Positions 14,264 to 25,711 are shown, counted from the stretch's first letter. The stretch: DNA of 64,000 nucleotides from Octopus sinensis (GCF_006345805.1 NC_042999.1:143034001-143098000); one strand, 5' to 3'. The notes: generated by a model from the sequence alone, not told the origin. Numbers and translations: made by a program.

Positions 14264-17200
14264 TGGATGCGTTGTCTCCTTAAGCAAAACACTTAATTTC
14301 ACGTTGCTCCAGTTCACTCAGCTGGAAAAAATGAGTTGTACTTGTATTTCAAAGGGCTGGCCTTGTCACATTCTGTGTCAGGCTGAATCTTCTTGAGAAC
14401 TATTTTACGGGTACGTGTGTCTGTGGAGTGCTCAAACACTTGCATGTTAATTCCACGAGCAAGCTGTTCCATTGATCAACTGGAACCCTTGTCATTGTAA
14501 CCGACGAAGTGCCAGTTTAGTTTAGCTTCTATAAATATATAGATTATGTATTGGCACCACATAATAGCACCCATGCCATGTAAAAGCTGAGTGAAAGGAA
14601 AATTGTACAATGCTATATGGTAGTGAGATGTGTGCCCTAAATGCAGATGACACATGAAGACTAGAGAGGAATAAAACTAGTATACTCTGTTGGATTTGCT
14701 ATGTCAATGTCAAAGAGGAATTAGGTGTAATGTAAGAGAGATGACTGCTGGTTTGGTCATGTGATTGCATATGGATGAGAGAGTTGCATAAAGAAGTGCT
14801 GACCACTTAAAGTGGATGGAGCTTGTGAAAGAAGAAACACAGGAAGATATGGGTTGAAGTAATGAAGGACAATCTCAAGATACTGAACCTTAAGGAAGAG
14901 ATGACAAAGGACAAAGTAATCTGGTGTCTTGCTGTGCTTGAGAAAACCTGACTACCACAACAGAATTGATATTCTAAAACTACCTTGGTAAATGTTTGAA
15001 CATGTGAAGTTCTGCCCCACCTTCATTCTCATTGCCCCCGTCAAGCTTCCCCAACATCTCATTCCTTACACTCATCACATCTTTATCTCTGGTATTATTA
15101 AGCTATCATAATCTCCTGAAAGCAGAATAGGCACATTCTATGCACTGTCACCCCTACCTTGTTACCTTCTGCTCCACCTCTCTAGAACCATTTTCATTCC
15201 TTATTGGTTTCTCTCTAGCCATGCTCTCTCTCTCTTCTGCTAGACTTCCACTAGATTCCTTAGAATCACTTTCATTCCTTATCTTCCTTGTACCATGCTT
15301 TTTCCTCTCTGCCAGACTCCATCCTTACACCTGTTTCATCCCCTATCTCTCCCAATGCCTTCACATATCTAACATAACTCCCACCCCCACGAACTACTCC
15401 TATATCTCTCACCTTCAATTGCAACATCCACCTCGATTCCAGCTAACCATTTCTCCTTATATTCTTTTGAAATTTTCCTTTCTGTACCTTCACCCAGTCC
15501 AATCCTCTGTATCACTTTATGTTTATACCTTCATTGTGCCTTGAGGGTATATCCTGATACATATCCACCAACATCTCTCTCACTTTCTCAATCTCAATCC
15601 TTCCTTTATCTCTAACTGCTTTATCCTTGTATCTCTTCCATAGCAAGACATCTATCTCTATCTCTCAATTATTCTTCTAACTTCTCATCAACTAGCATGA
15701 AACCACTGCCTTCAATACTACTCCCCCTGTTTGAGGGGACTTTGTTTTGTTTTGCAAGTTGCTTAGTGACTCTGCCAGTGCTGGTGCCACATAAAGAACA
15801 CCCAGTACACTCTGTAAAGCAGTTGGTGTTAAGAAAGGCATCCAGTGATATAAACTATGTCAAAGCAGACAATAGAGCTCAGTATAGCTCTCTGGCTTGC
15901 CAGCTCTTGTCAAACTGTCCAACCCATGCCAGCATAGAAAGCAGACGTTAAATAATGATGATAATGATGCATATAAAGAAACTGTTAGAATATCAAAATT
16001 GTCAACTATTCTTCTATTATAACTTCTTTTATATGGGATTAAATAATTAAAAATAGAAACAAAGGAAATATACAGATATAAATAAAAGAAGTGAGACACA
16101 TTGAAAATAAGTTATAAGTTTAGACAAGTATAGTTACCTTGTTTGGGTGAGCAGTTTCTCCTAACATTGGTGAAAATGGAGTAAATAATGAAATGGCAAT
16201 CTCATGAGATCTGATGTTAGGATCTGATAGTTGTAAACAGACCTTTAAAAGATAGAAAACAAGTCAAAGTTGTTATTATTACTAGCTGGACCCGTGAAAA
16301 CTTCACGGAAAACATAGAAAATGTATGCATCTGTAAATTGTGTGCTGGTGCCATGAGAAATGCTTCTATATTGTGACACTTACAGAATATAGAAAGAAGT
16401 GTGAAACTGATAACTATATAATCCAACCAAAATATCTCGTTACACAAACGTAAACAGAATTACTATTTAGCCTTAAAATACATTGAACATATTCAAAGAA
16501 CCTTCTTTGTTTAGTGGTATGGAATGTTCTACTGGTATTCTTTTATTCTTTTACATGTTTCAGTCATTTGACTGTGGCCATGCTGGAGCACTGTCCTTTA
16601 ATCAAAGAAATTGACCCCTGGACTTATTTTATGTAAGCCTAGTGCTTCTTCTATCAGTCTCTTCTGCCAAACAGGTAAGTTATGGGGACTCAAACACACC
16701 AACATCGGTAGTCAAGTAATGGTGGAGGGGGAAAAAACACAGACACAAACATACACACATAAATATAGACACACACATCAATATGACGGGCTTCTTTCAG
16801 TTTCCATCAACCAAATCCACTCATGAGGTTTTGGTTGGCCTGAGGCTATAGAAGACACTCTTTAAAGTACAGAGTTGAATTTCGTGTAGCCACCTGCTGG
16901 CAACTTTTTTCCCCACCCATTTTTCTGGGCTCTTTTCACAGCTATACCTCATTCAAAATTTGCATTAGCTTTTGTATGAAAAAAAAAGGAAAGGAGGGGA
17001 GCTTGTTTGTAGATTGTAGAGAAAATGTTAAATGTGCCTGAAAGAAAAAAAAAAAACATGGTCTTTCTCCCTAAGTAAAAGACATGAAGAACTATCAAAG
17101 AAGGCAAATAAGTACCAGGGGTGGGGGAAAGAAGAGAGAACTAACACTCGATCCTTCTAGAACTCCTGGGATAAAAAGGTAAACACCTGAAAGACTTTCC

Positions 17201-20200
17201 CTCTATTCATTACTAAATGTCTTTCCCTCTTCTTCATTGTTAAAAGTAAAGAAGCTAGAAAAGATTGATCGTATTTCATTCTAATTGTCATTTTAAATGT
17301 CTGAGGCTTTCCTTTCTGTCTCTATCACTTCACCCACTTTCTCTACAGTTAAGAGAGTTAAAGTGCATGGCTCAGTGGTTAGGGGTATTTGGCTCACAAT
17401 CATAAAATCATGAGTTCAATTCCTGGCAGCGTGCTGTGTTCTTGAGCAAGGTACTGTACTTCACCTTGCTGCAGTCCACTCAGCTGGCAAAAATGAGTTG
17501 TAACTGTATTTGAAAAGGGGCCAGCCTCATCACATTCTTTGTGAGGTTGAATCTCCCTGAGAACTATGTTATGGCATGCATGTCTGTGGAGTACTCAGCC
17601 ACTTGTGCATAAATTTTATGAGCAGAATGTTCAGTTGATCAGATAAACAGGAACCTTGTCATCGTAACCGACGAAGTGCCATTTTTTAAAAAGAGTGAAA
17701 GAAAAGGAAATGTTCCATATTGTAAGGCAAAAATGTCATGTGTTCAGTATAAGTATTGAAAGCTAAAACAAAATAAGTGCTATTCCGTCATGTAGTGACT
17801 TTGCCCTTGACTCGCGTTCAATTTGATAACAACAACAACCTGCACATTGGTGTTTATCTGGGGGCTTGGCCTCCAAATCTGTGAGACCCACAAATGCCGC
17901 TGTTAGGACTGGATTAACACCCATAATGACCCTAATGACTAAAAAGATATCAGAAATTATTATATTATTTATTCATTTATTTAAGAAGTGATAGTTAGAG
18001 AAATATTTAATGTGTTGTTTTGTGTTCAAGAAGACAGTCACATGTAATTTGATGGTAATTAACAACCAGCAAAAGTTCTGAAACCGAAAGTCATTCTAAG
18101 ATATCACAGTTCTACTGACCTTTTCAAGATTATTGTTCACATTAAACATCTCTTCAGCATCAGGGTGATATACACCAAATATGGAATTTTGACTCAAACC
18201 AACTTTTAGTTCCTTCATTACCATGCGGATCAACCACTTCTGTTCAATGGCAGTCATGTTGCGCAAAAGGTGAAGCATTGTTTCATGTACAACATCATGT
18301 TTCTTGCTAGTATTGGAGACTGCGATATCATCCAAACATTTGTTCACATCTGAGATACTCAGGTTACCATTTTTGGGACAACGGTTCTTCAGCACATAGT
18401 AGGCTACACTGGCAAAATCATTGTTCTGTCAAAAAATATTAAAGTTTCATGAAGTACTTTCAGATCAAACAATTCCCATTCTAGGCAACTTACACTCATT
18501 TGAATATAATTACCATATTTACTTGCATACAAAACCATGTTTTTTCTGGATTTTTAAACCTAAACATAGGGCTGTGCATTATACAAGAACTAAGTATGAA
18601 CACCTTTTCCAGTCAAGTGTACTGAAAGGTTAAGATCACTATAATAATGTTACATTTTTTTTTGATGAAAGCAGTAAAATATTTGATGTTTGATACAACA
18701 GCAGAATATGCATCTGTAGAATCACTGTTGTCAATGTTCAGGATTTTTCAGTTTTTGAAAGCACTACATGAGTTACTCAGTGTGAATATTAGATTACTTA
18801 ATGATGAAAAAGAATAATACATAAATACAGTCATTATAGTAAAGTGACTATAAATTGGGAGAAAAAATAATTTTGTTCTTGAAATACTCTATTTATTATA
18901 ATGAACTACAACTATATACATTTTTGTTGAGAGAACAAACTTATTTAACAATGAAACTATTTAAGTGGAAGTGTATACAGTTTACATTATGTTTCTTATG
19001 TTCGTCTATACTGGCTGATGTCAGAGAAGACACACTTTTACAGCCTACACTGGTTAAGTTCAAAGGTCACTTTTGAATTTGTTTATTGCTTTGAGAATAG
19101 GTAAATTTTTTTCAATGCAGTTATAATAAAACTGATTTTTCTCTATATCATAGTACTAAAGAAAATGCACTATGTATTAGAGAGATATTTGTTTTTCAGG
19201 GCTTCATTATTTGCCAACAATAGTGTGCATTATACATAAGTGCACATTGTATATTAAAAAAAAATAAGGTAAATTTTGTATAGTTTGTTTTTCCTTTCCC
19301 TTTCAAGTCAGTGACAAAATATCGAAATATATTGTCTACAACAGAATTCACAACTAAAACAGTTTGTAAATTTGAAGGATTGTTTATACCACATATATAG
19401 TTATAAGTCAAAATATGGTAACATGCACTAATAAAAGCTATAGAATGCAAATACTATATATTTTCTTTAAAAAAAGTCCAAATTTACTATATTCAAAGGA
19501 AGTCTTTAAAATGGGCTCCATCTAGTTAGTAGTAGCATCTCCACAGTATAACTTAAGGCAGTGGAAGATAAAATTTACGGTAGAAAAATTCATGTTGCAT
19601 AGTTAAGCCAGTAGTTTAGTTAACTAATAAGAAGAGTTAGAGTTAGAATGTTGTTTTCTTGACTAAGAAGGGTCAGTAGTGATGACTGATATGTCTCTTA
19701 AACTTATCAGCTGATAGGAATGATTGAGCAAACATTCAAATTGCTCTATCAAGTGTAATGCTCATTTATTTACATTGTTTTGTATTAACCACAAATATCT
19801 TGTAACTTTAAGATTTCAATGATGTGACATTTTATTTTTAAAATGGCATTGTAGGATAGGTATGAGGGGCTGGATCTGGCCAGTTTGAATATAAAACAGA
19901 TAGAATATTTAGGCCAAATACAGGTGGTTTAAATGCTAAAATGTTAAGACAGTTACTGATATAATGTTTAGGGACAAATCATCTGTTCAACACTCAGTAG
20001 TTAGTAGATGGACACGGCAGACCTAGATGACACACAGTGGCCAGTAATTAAAAAAATTGCTGAAGGAAAATTTTCTGATATGTATTTACTTACAGCTTCT
20101 CTTTTAGTATTAAAATTTAGAAGTTTAGAAGCATCTGGACTGTTTTTCCCAAGACATAATACTTTAATTAAAAGTTTTGCAAATGTATGCTGCAAGCAGG

Positions 20201-21326
20201 AGAAAAAATAAAAGATAAGTTAGTTATGAATACCATTGTTTTCAAGTCAGTCAAATCTGAAATATTATGAGTGTAAAAACATATCTGAAGAAACGCTACA
20301 GTTCATGGCATTGGTTAGTCATTGAATAACCATAAAAATTACATAGAAATTAGCAGAAACATATTATATACAGTTAGTACTTTTATGTAATGAGACTTTG
20401 TGTATCTGACAGTGAGGTACACAAGAGTTCAGGTGGAACTTTGGTAACTGTAGTACCAATATATGAGAGAGAGCATCATCCTCATCATTTAATGTCTGTT
20501 TTCCATGCTGGCATGGGTTGGGTGGTTTGGTAGAAGCTGGTAAGGCCAGGAGCTGCACCAGGTTCCATTGTCTGTTTTGTCATGGTTTCTACAACTGGAT
20601 GCCCTTCCTAACACCAACCACTTTACAGAGTGTACAGGGTGATTTTTATGTAGCACCAGCATGATAATGTGTGAGAGAAACTTGATATTTTATTGATAAT
20701 ACTGAACCAATGACAACTGAGCGAATGCAGCAATTCAGAGTAATTTCTAAAATGTTTGATGAAGGTGGTATGACTTCTCTATTGATCAAATAAACTGAGC
20801 TTGTGCCTTCTGAACATCTCAGTTGGATTTGAAGATGTCATTTGAAAACTGAAGAAATAAAAATAGATGATAGAATAAACCAGTCTGAGAGGAAGATGAT
20901 GCTGTTTAACCTTAGGTCAAACTTGATCAAGCAGAACTATGATCAAATGCATTTTAATTGTGACCAGCCCATCAAATCAGTAGGCTGTAATTTAAAGGAA
21001 AATTGACTACTATTTTTAGGGTATTGAGAGAGCATGTAGATGTTCCCTCATTAACTGAGAGGCTATAAAAATTGGTAAATAAATAGTAAATAAAAATTAA
21101 CTGGAATAAATCATTAGAGTGGTAATGACACAAAACACATTTCATTTTCATTTTTCAAATAGGTTGTAACAAGGTTGAAGAAAATAGAAAATGAATACTT
21201 CTTTGATTCCATAAGCAACACGTTCATTTTCCAGGTGAGGAAGTAAAAGCCGCATCACTGGGTAAAATGAATCAGTCTGAAATAAACAATATATATACAT
21301 AAATAAAATACATAAATGTGTATGAC

Positions 21327-21384
<58 letters not shown>

Positions 21385-22447
21385 TATAATTATTGTCTTT
21401 GAGAGCGGTCGAGTTCATTTTTAGTATTCTCGTTTGTGAGAGCAGTCAAGTTTATTTCAGATATTCTCATTTTAAAACTCTACGGCTAATAATAATTCTA
21501 CTATAGGCATACAACCAGCAATTTTGAGGGAGGTGGCATCAACCTGTGTTCATTGACTCCTGTTCAACTGTTACTTATTTTATTGACCCTGAAAGGATGA
21601 AAGCCAAAGTTGACCTTGGTGAAATTTGAACTCAGAATGTAAAGATGGATGAAATATCATTTTGCCCAGTGTACTAACAATTCTGTCATCTCACCGCCTT
21701 AATAATAATAATAATTATAATAACAATAATAATAATAATAATAATAATAATAATTTGAATTCAAAACACAGAGCTGAAAGAAACGCTGCTAAACATTTCA
21801 TTCACCCTGCTAATGATTTTGCCAGTTTGCTACTTTTTTAAAAAATGGGTAATAATAAGAATAACAAGATCACTCAGAGCGCAAACCTCTGCCAAGGAAA
21901 TACCAACATCCTCTCAAAGATTAGCCAGAGATGATTTTTAAAATGAAAATATCTGAAATAAACTCGACTGCTCTCACAAACAAGAATACTAGAAATGAAC
22001 CTGATCACTCGCAAAAATTAAGTAAAAAAATTGGGAAAATAATCCAGAATTCTTGTCTGGGACCAGATCAATCCCATAATCTAGTCAGTTCATGCCAGTC
22101 ATGAGGTTAAACATCACTGGAAGTTTCATCCGAATCCATCCAGCGATTCTTGAAATATCTTGTCCATAGACAAACAAACAAACACAAGTGAAAACAATAC
22201 CTTCATTAAGGCGGAGGTAATAAAGTTCACTGAAAATGAAACTAAATTTAAAACTTACAGTTTTCTTGCCTTTATGCAGTTCCTTATGTTTTTGTCGCCA
22301 TTGATCAAGAAATAGCCTCAAATTCTGCTTCTTTTTCTCAATTCCTTGAGCTTTCTTTATTTTCTCAAGCAGACCTGTTAACTCTTCAAAATGGACTTTA
22401 TCAGAAATTTTAGTCTCAACAGGTTTGTCTGTCTGAGCAACATCCAT
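54..22447 (-). CDS. LIG4: DNA ligase IV, multi-exon gene; 15 coding exons in window (2349 nt, 783 codons), 3' end (second BRCT) beyond left edge
   Basis: Hand-spliced exons 22259-22447, 21199-21276, 20094-20189, 18120-18425, 16138-16242, 13867-13973, 11488-11633, 9838-10039, 6744-7026, 5395-5559, 4885-5022, 3947-4093, 2420-2537, 518-650, 54-189. All introns are GT-AG and phases join into one frame. Motifs: [20 protein letters not shown], adenylation motif [37 protein letters not shown], then a BRCT domain. Confidence 0.97.
518..650 (-). CDS. LIG4: LIG4 coding exon 14 (DSQTYCVLA...[14 protein letters not shown])
   Basis: CATCAG acceptor, GTAAGT donor, BRCT W..DC motif. Confidence 0.93.
2420..2537 (-). 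CDS. LIG4: LIG4 coding exon 13 (BRCT1 start, VHNIF...GGQIVQNP)
   Basis: TGACAG acceptor, GTAAGG donor, GG..VQNP BRCT motif. Confidence 0.93.
3947..4093 (-). CDS. LIG4: LIG4 coding exon 12 (basic linker, KSGGKLS...SHVKM)
   Basis: TTCCAG acceptor, GTGAGT donor, KKKR NLS-like linker before BRCT1. Confidence 0.9.
4230..4570. repeat. Degenerate ~30-bp minisatellite in a LIG4 intron
   Basis: Recurring GTATTCTGG.CACTAGGTATTTTAATCAAT-like units. Confidence 0.55.
4885..5022 (-). CDS. LIG4: LIG4 coding exon 11 (VKAAEIV...[14 protein letters not shown])
   Basis: GTACAG acceptor, GTTATT donor, motif VI RFPR. Confidence 0.95.
5395..5559 (-). CDS. LIG4: LIG4 coding exon 10 (VGSGYT...[15 protein letters not shown])
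   Basis: TTCTAG acceptor, GTCAGT donor, OB-fold VGSG motif. Confidence 0.95.
5911..6186 (+). mobile_element. (GAT)n-tailed retroposon copy
   Basis: Same 3' body as 7745-8214. Confidence 0.8.
6744..7026 (-). CDS. LIG4: LIG4 coding exon 9 ([22 protein letters not shown]...SFCK)
   Basis: CTCCAG acceptor, GTAC donor, motifs IV and V. Confidence 0.96.
7745..8214 (+). mobile_element. (GAT)n-tailed retroposon copy with four internal 67-bp tandem units
   Basis: Units start at 7756, 7823, 7890, 7957. The 3' body ...AACCGTCCAACCC...GGACGTTAAACGATGATG is shared with copies at about 2790, 5911, 13485, 15765, 22555 (plus) and 11881, 20475 (minus). Confidence 0.85.
8424..9758 (-). mobile_element. Degenerate Tc1/mariner DD37E (TRT-like) transposon in a LIG4 intron
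   Basis: Inverted repeats of about 100 bp (CCCAGTTGGTTTGCACACTATGG... at 8428; complement ending 9755). Transposase fragments [37 protein letters not shown]. 37 residues between the second D and the E position (now K). Stops and frameshifts present. Confidence 0.85.
9838..10039 (-). CDS. LIG4: LIG4 coding exon 8 ([10 protein letters not shown]...[11 protein letters not shown]...KKGVS)
   Basis: TTACAG acceptor, GTGAGT donor, motif IIIa FD, phases 1/2. Confidence 0.95.
11488..11633 (-). CDS. LIG4: LIG4 coding exon 7 ([10 protein letters not shown]...[11 protein letters not shown])
   Basis: TTCCAG acceptor, GTAAGT donor, motif III DGEM, phases 2/1 match neighbours. Confidence 0.96.
11881..12140 (-). 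mobile_element. (GAT)n-tailed retroposon copy
   Basis: Reverse complement of the same family. Confidence 0.8.
13867..13973 (-). CDS. LIG4: LIG4 coding exon 6 with active-site lysine ([14 protein letters not shown]...YFSR)
   Basis: TTGTAG acceptor, GTAAGA donor, ligase motif I KxDGxR. Confidence 0.96.
14640..14950 (+). mobile_element. Degenerate RTE LINE 3' coding fragment in a LIG4 intron
   Basis: Decayed WFGHV..M..........K.....G....GR...W..V.K..L..L.L...MT.D...W pattern. Confidence 0.55.
16138..16242 (-). CDS. LIG4: LIG4 coding exon 5 (VCLQLSDP...[13 protein letters not shown])
   Basis: TTAAAG acceptor, GTAACT donor; not in the ORF track, found by manual translation. Confidence 0.93.
18120..18425 (-). 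CDS. LIG4: LIG4 coding exon 4 ([17 protein letters not shown]...NNNLEK)
   Basis: TGACAG acceptor, GTCAGT donor; EQKWLIRM and [11 protein letters not shown] motifs of the DNA-binding domain. Confidence 0.96.
20094..20189 (-). CDS. LIG4: LIG4 coding exon 3 ([10 protein letters not shown]...KREA)
   Basis: TTGCAG acceptor, GTAAGT donor, phase 0/0. Confidence 0.93.
21199..21276 (-). CDS. LIG4: LIG4 coding exon 2 ([26 protein letters not shown])
   Basis: TTTCAG acceptor, GTATTC donor, phase 0/0, conserved LIG4 motif. Confidence 0.95.
21400..22220. repeat. Inverted pair of a dispersed repeat between LIG4 coding exons 1 and 2
   Basis: 21401-21477 is the reverse complement of about 21935-22010. Confidence 0.55.
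22259..22447 (-). CDS. LIG4: LIG4 coding exon 1 (MDVAQ...KGKKT)
   Basis: ATG at 22447, donor GTAAGT at 22258, acceptor TTTCCAG 16 nt upstream of the ATG (exon starts 22463). Confidence 0.9.
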
Positions 22448-22715
22448 AGTAATAAGTTTTAAGCTGGAAACAGAAAGATGAAAGACTGTCATCCAGAATG
22501 TGACCATCAAGAATGATTGAAAAAATTTTTTATTGGACCCTCAACGTCAAGGAAATAATCAACCTGGTGCAGCTCTTTGCCTTACTATTCCTAGTTAAAT
22601 CATCTTACCCATGCTAGCATAGAAAACAGATGCTAAATGATGATGATTATCAGCTTTTTGGAGACAACTTACTTCAATGAATTTCATCCAAAGAAAAGTG
22701 GACATTAAAACAATG

Positions 22716-22770
<55 letters not shown>

Positions 22771-22966
22771 TTTAGATATTTTTACATTCTAATTGTGCTT
22801 GGGTTGCTGTTACTTTTGCTCTTCATAAGTACCAGTAATATACTTGCATCACATCTTTCAACCCCTTTAAAAAAATTTGTGCTCTATGCGAAGAGTGGAA
22901 GAGAATACTCTTTCATAATTCTGTTGGAGTTGAACATGTAAATACCACTGGCACATCAACACTCAC

Positions 22967-23016
22967 CACTTCATCTATCGAAAAAGCCTGTTTAACCTCG
23001 ACCTCACACAAAAAGT
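22967..23016 (-). other. LIG4: Predicted 50-nt upstream LIG4 exon carrying an in-frame ATG
   Basis: Acceptor TTTTATATATTTAATAG (AG at 23018-23017), donor G|GTGAGT at 22966. ATG AAG TG joined to the 22463 acceptor reads [13 protein letters not shown], in frame. Prediction only. Confidence 0.5.
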
Positions 23017-23080
23017 CTATTAAATATATAAAAGTATGAACAGGCTCAGGTGAGGCTGTGTGGTAAGAAGCTTACTTCCC

Positions 23081-24535
23081 GTGCATGCGTCGGTCTATTC
23101 GCTGTATTGATTTTTGATGAGACGGATTTTTTTTGAGCTGCTTGGCAGCAGTTTGTCGGTGAGTGTCATATCGGTGGAAAGGAATGTATTCGGACCTTAG
23201 CGAGTATGAGCTGTCCTCAGTGGAGGAGGAGCTCATTAAGGCGGTAAATAGAATGGATGAGCATTTGGAAAGAGTAAAGAGTTTTGCTGAAGCTGCAGAA
23301 GTGAAGAAAAGGGAAGTGGACCTTGCTGGACTGAAGGAGCTGCGTAAGATGACACAGAAGGTGGGGTTATGGTAAATATGGAAAAGAAGACCATTACCTA
23401 CAAGGTGTACTCAGTGGAGAGTAGGAAGGTGGAGCAGATGGAGATGGAAAAAGTAGAAAAAAGCATTGAAGGGTCTTTCGAAGGAAGTGCCATATATAAC
23501 GAAAGGAAATGGATATGGGACGGTGGTTGCCCAGTTAAGGACAGCAGAGGAGGCAAAGAGGCTGGTGAGTACAATGGTGAGAACGGAGGAAGTAGTACTT
23601 CTACCCACATACCTTGGAAGAAAGACTTCTAATGTGAGGGTAGAAGGAATTCCACCCGATATAGAAGTGGCTTGGGTTACAGCAGCTGTCCTCATTGGTA
23701 GTGAGGAGGAGGTGGCTGCCCTCCACGCCACAGAGATGGAGGAAGGAGGATATAGAGGAAAAACATTGGAAATCATCATACAAGTGGAAGTGAAGCACAT
23801 AGAAAATTTGATGGAGACAGTGACGGGAGAAATAGTATTGAGAATATGGGTAGAGGGCAGAATTCTGCGATGCTTTAAATGTTGCCAAAAAGGCCACATT
23901 AGAGCTCACTGCCCTCTACAGAGGAAAACGACAGAAGAAGCGTTGCTGAAGACGGAGAAGAAAAAAGAAGTACAGATAGATGGAAGGAACAAGGAGGACG
24001 AATGGACAGTGACAGAGAATAAAAGGAAAAAGAGAAAGAAGAGGAAGAACAGTCAGTGTGATGTGGGACCCCAGACCAACTCCATTCCACCCAAGACCAC
24101 TCAGACCCACCTTCCCCATACAGACACCAAACCCACCCACCCCCTCTCCCTACTTGAAAAAAAAAAAGAAGATAGTACAGGCACCACAAAATTTACAAGA
24201 CCCCTCCCCCAGTGAAAAAGGTTACGTGTACATGGAAGAGAGAGTGTTGTCACTCAGTGATGGGGAAAACGGTAAACCAAAGACTAGATTAAAGACTAAT
24301 GAAGACTCGGGACTCAGAGGTGGCGAGTGGTGTTACTCAGTGTGGGGTGAGTAACACACTTTTCATATTCTCATTTCTCAGTAGTATCATTATTCTAATA
24401 TTTTGATTTTAATGTTTTTCATGTTCAGTTTCATGTCATTCATAGCATCATATTTTATTTTAATTGTTATATGTACCCACATGTGTTGTAGTGTTACCCT
24501 CTATGTAATGCCTTTATGGCAATTTAAAAGAAATA
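23081..24535 (+). mobile_element. ORF1-only non-LTR retroelement (half-L1/Tx1-like) with CCHC zinc knuckle, inserted into a SINE head
   Basis: 16-bp TSD AAGAAGCTT(A/G)CTTCCC at 23065-23080 and 24536-24551. Frameshifted gag-like ORF pieces 23163-23375, 23369-23632, 23466-24215 (RCFKCCQKGHIRAHC), 24058-24354. No endonuclease or RT; A-rich 3' end. Confidence 0.85.
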
Positions 24536-24685
24536 AAGAAGCTTGCTTCCCAACCACATGGTTCCGGGTTCAGTCCCCCTGCGTGGCACCTCGGGCAAGT
24601 GTCTTCTACTATAGCCTCGGGCCGACCAAAGCCTTGTGAATGGATTTGGTGGACGGAAACTGAAAGAAGCCCGTCGTGTGTATGT

Positions 24686-24727
<42 letters not shown>

Positions 24728-24935
24728 CTTTGCGTTTGTGTTTGTCCCTGCCACTCCCGCTTGACAACAGATGTTAGTGTGTGTTTACGTCTCCGTAACT
24801 TAGTGGTTCAGCAAAAGTGAGCGATAGAATAAGTACCAGGCTTACAGAGAATAAGTCCTGGAGTCGAGTTCTACGACTAAAAGGCGGTGCTCCAGTATGG
24901 CCGGAGTCAAACGACTGAAAGAAATAAAAGAATAA
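24536..24935 (+). mobile_element. 3' part of the tRNA-derived SINE split by the ORF1-only insertion
   Basis: Continues the head sequence from 23041-23080; colinear with 58697-59106. Confidence 0.85.
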
Positions 24936-25315
24936 AAATTCCAAGTTCATATTATAAAAAAGTCAAGGAAGTGGAGAGTAGATCGGATTTGGGAATATGA
25001 AAAGGAAGAAAAAGTCCAAAACTTTTGATTTTACAATATGTCAAAATTCCATAGAAAAAAACTTACATATCATAAATGATTATACTTAAATCACTATCTA
25101 CTAAATGTATTGTTTATCTAACTTCCCAGATAATGCTGTGCACATAATGTACTTCCTTGTTTAATAAAACATGAAACCATACGAAAGATTGTTTTCTTTA
25201 CCTTAAATTTATTTCATAAAACTGGGTGTGTATATCAAGCAATAAGTCCTGGTTAGAATGAAACACATTCCTAAAGGTGAAATAAGGAAGGAATTGCAAC
25301 GTCAAGACAGAATGT

Positions 25316-25711
25316 TCAAACTTTGCTGAGGATACATAGGCATACACCCAGAACAATAAGTAACATGCCAGATAGCGATCGACGTGGAATTTTTTCTCCG
25401 AGAAAATAACCTGTTAAGACTGTAAAGACAAATGTGAGGGAATTGGTTAAAGGTACGGCAATAGAAAGATCAGCCGAAGCGAGAGTTAAATAGAATAAAA
25501 CAGAGCCGCACTGATTAATTAGGAAAGCCGCTACATACTTCAAACGAAATACTAGAAACAACAGCTCGGACTTTAGCTGTAAAATGGTGTTTTGCTCTTT
25601 TATGTTCTCAATACCAGCACTTGTTTTCTTTAGAATAGGGTTAGTGCATCCCCATATTACTGATACTAACACTAGCCAAAAAACACTTATTAAGGTATCC
25701 GAGTAAGTCAT
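25316..25711 (-). CDS. TMEM234: Transmembrane protein 234 (EamA/DMT-like small membrane protein), intronless CDS, 131 aa
   Basis: ATG at 25711; motifs WGCTNP, FLINQCGSVLFY, DLSIAVPLTNSLTF, GEK typical of TMEM234. Predicted 88-nt 5' UTR intron 25731-25818 (GTAAAC...TTCCCAG). AATAAA at 25213-25208. Confidence 0.93.
   Translation of the reverse strand: MTYSDTLISVFWLVLVSVIWGCTNPILKKTSAGIENIKEQNTILQLKSELLFLVFRLKYVAAFLINQCGSVLFYLTLASADLSIAVPLTNSLTFVFTVLTGYFLGEKIPRRSLSGMLLIVLGVCLCILSKV

Noticed and set aside
22448-22510. N-terminal extension of the LIG4 exon 1 ORF
   Set aside because: Non-ATG start that crosses the acceptor at 22464-65
23398-24189. Minus-strand ORFs of 70-162 aa
   Set aside because: Antisense shadows of the purine-rich ORF1
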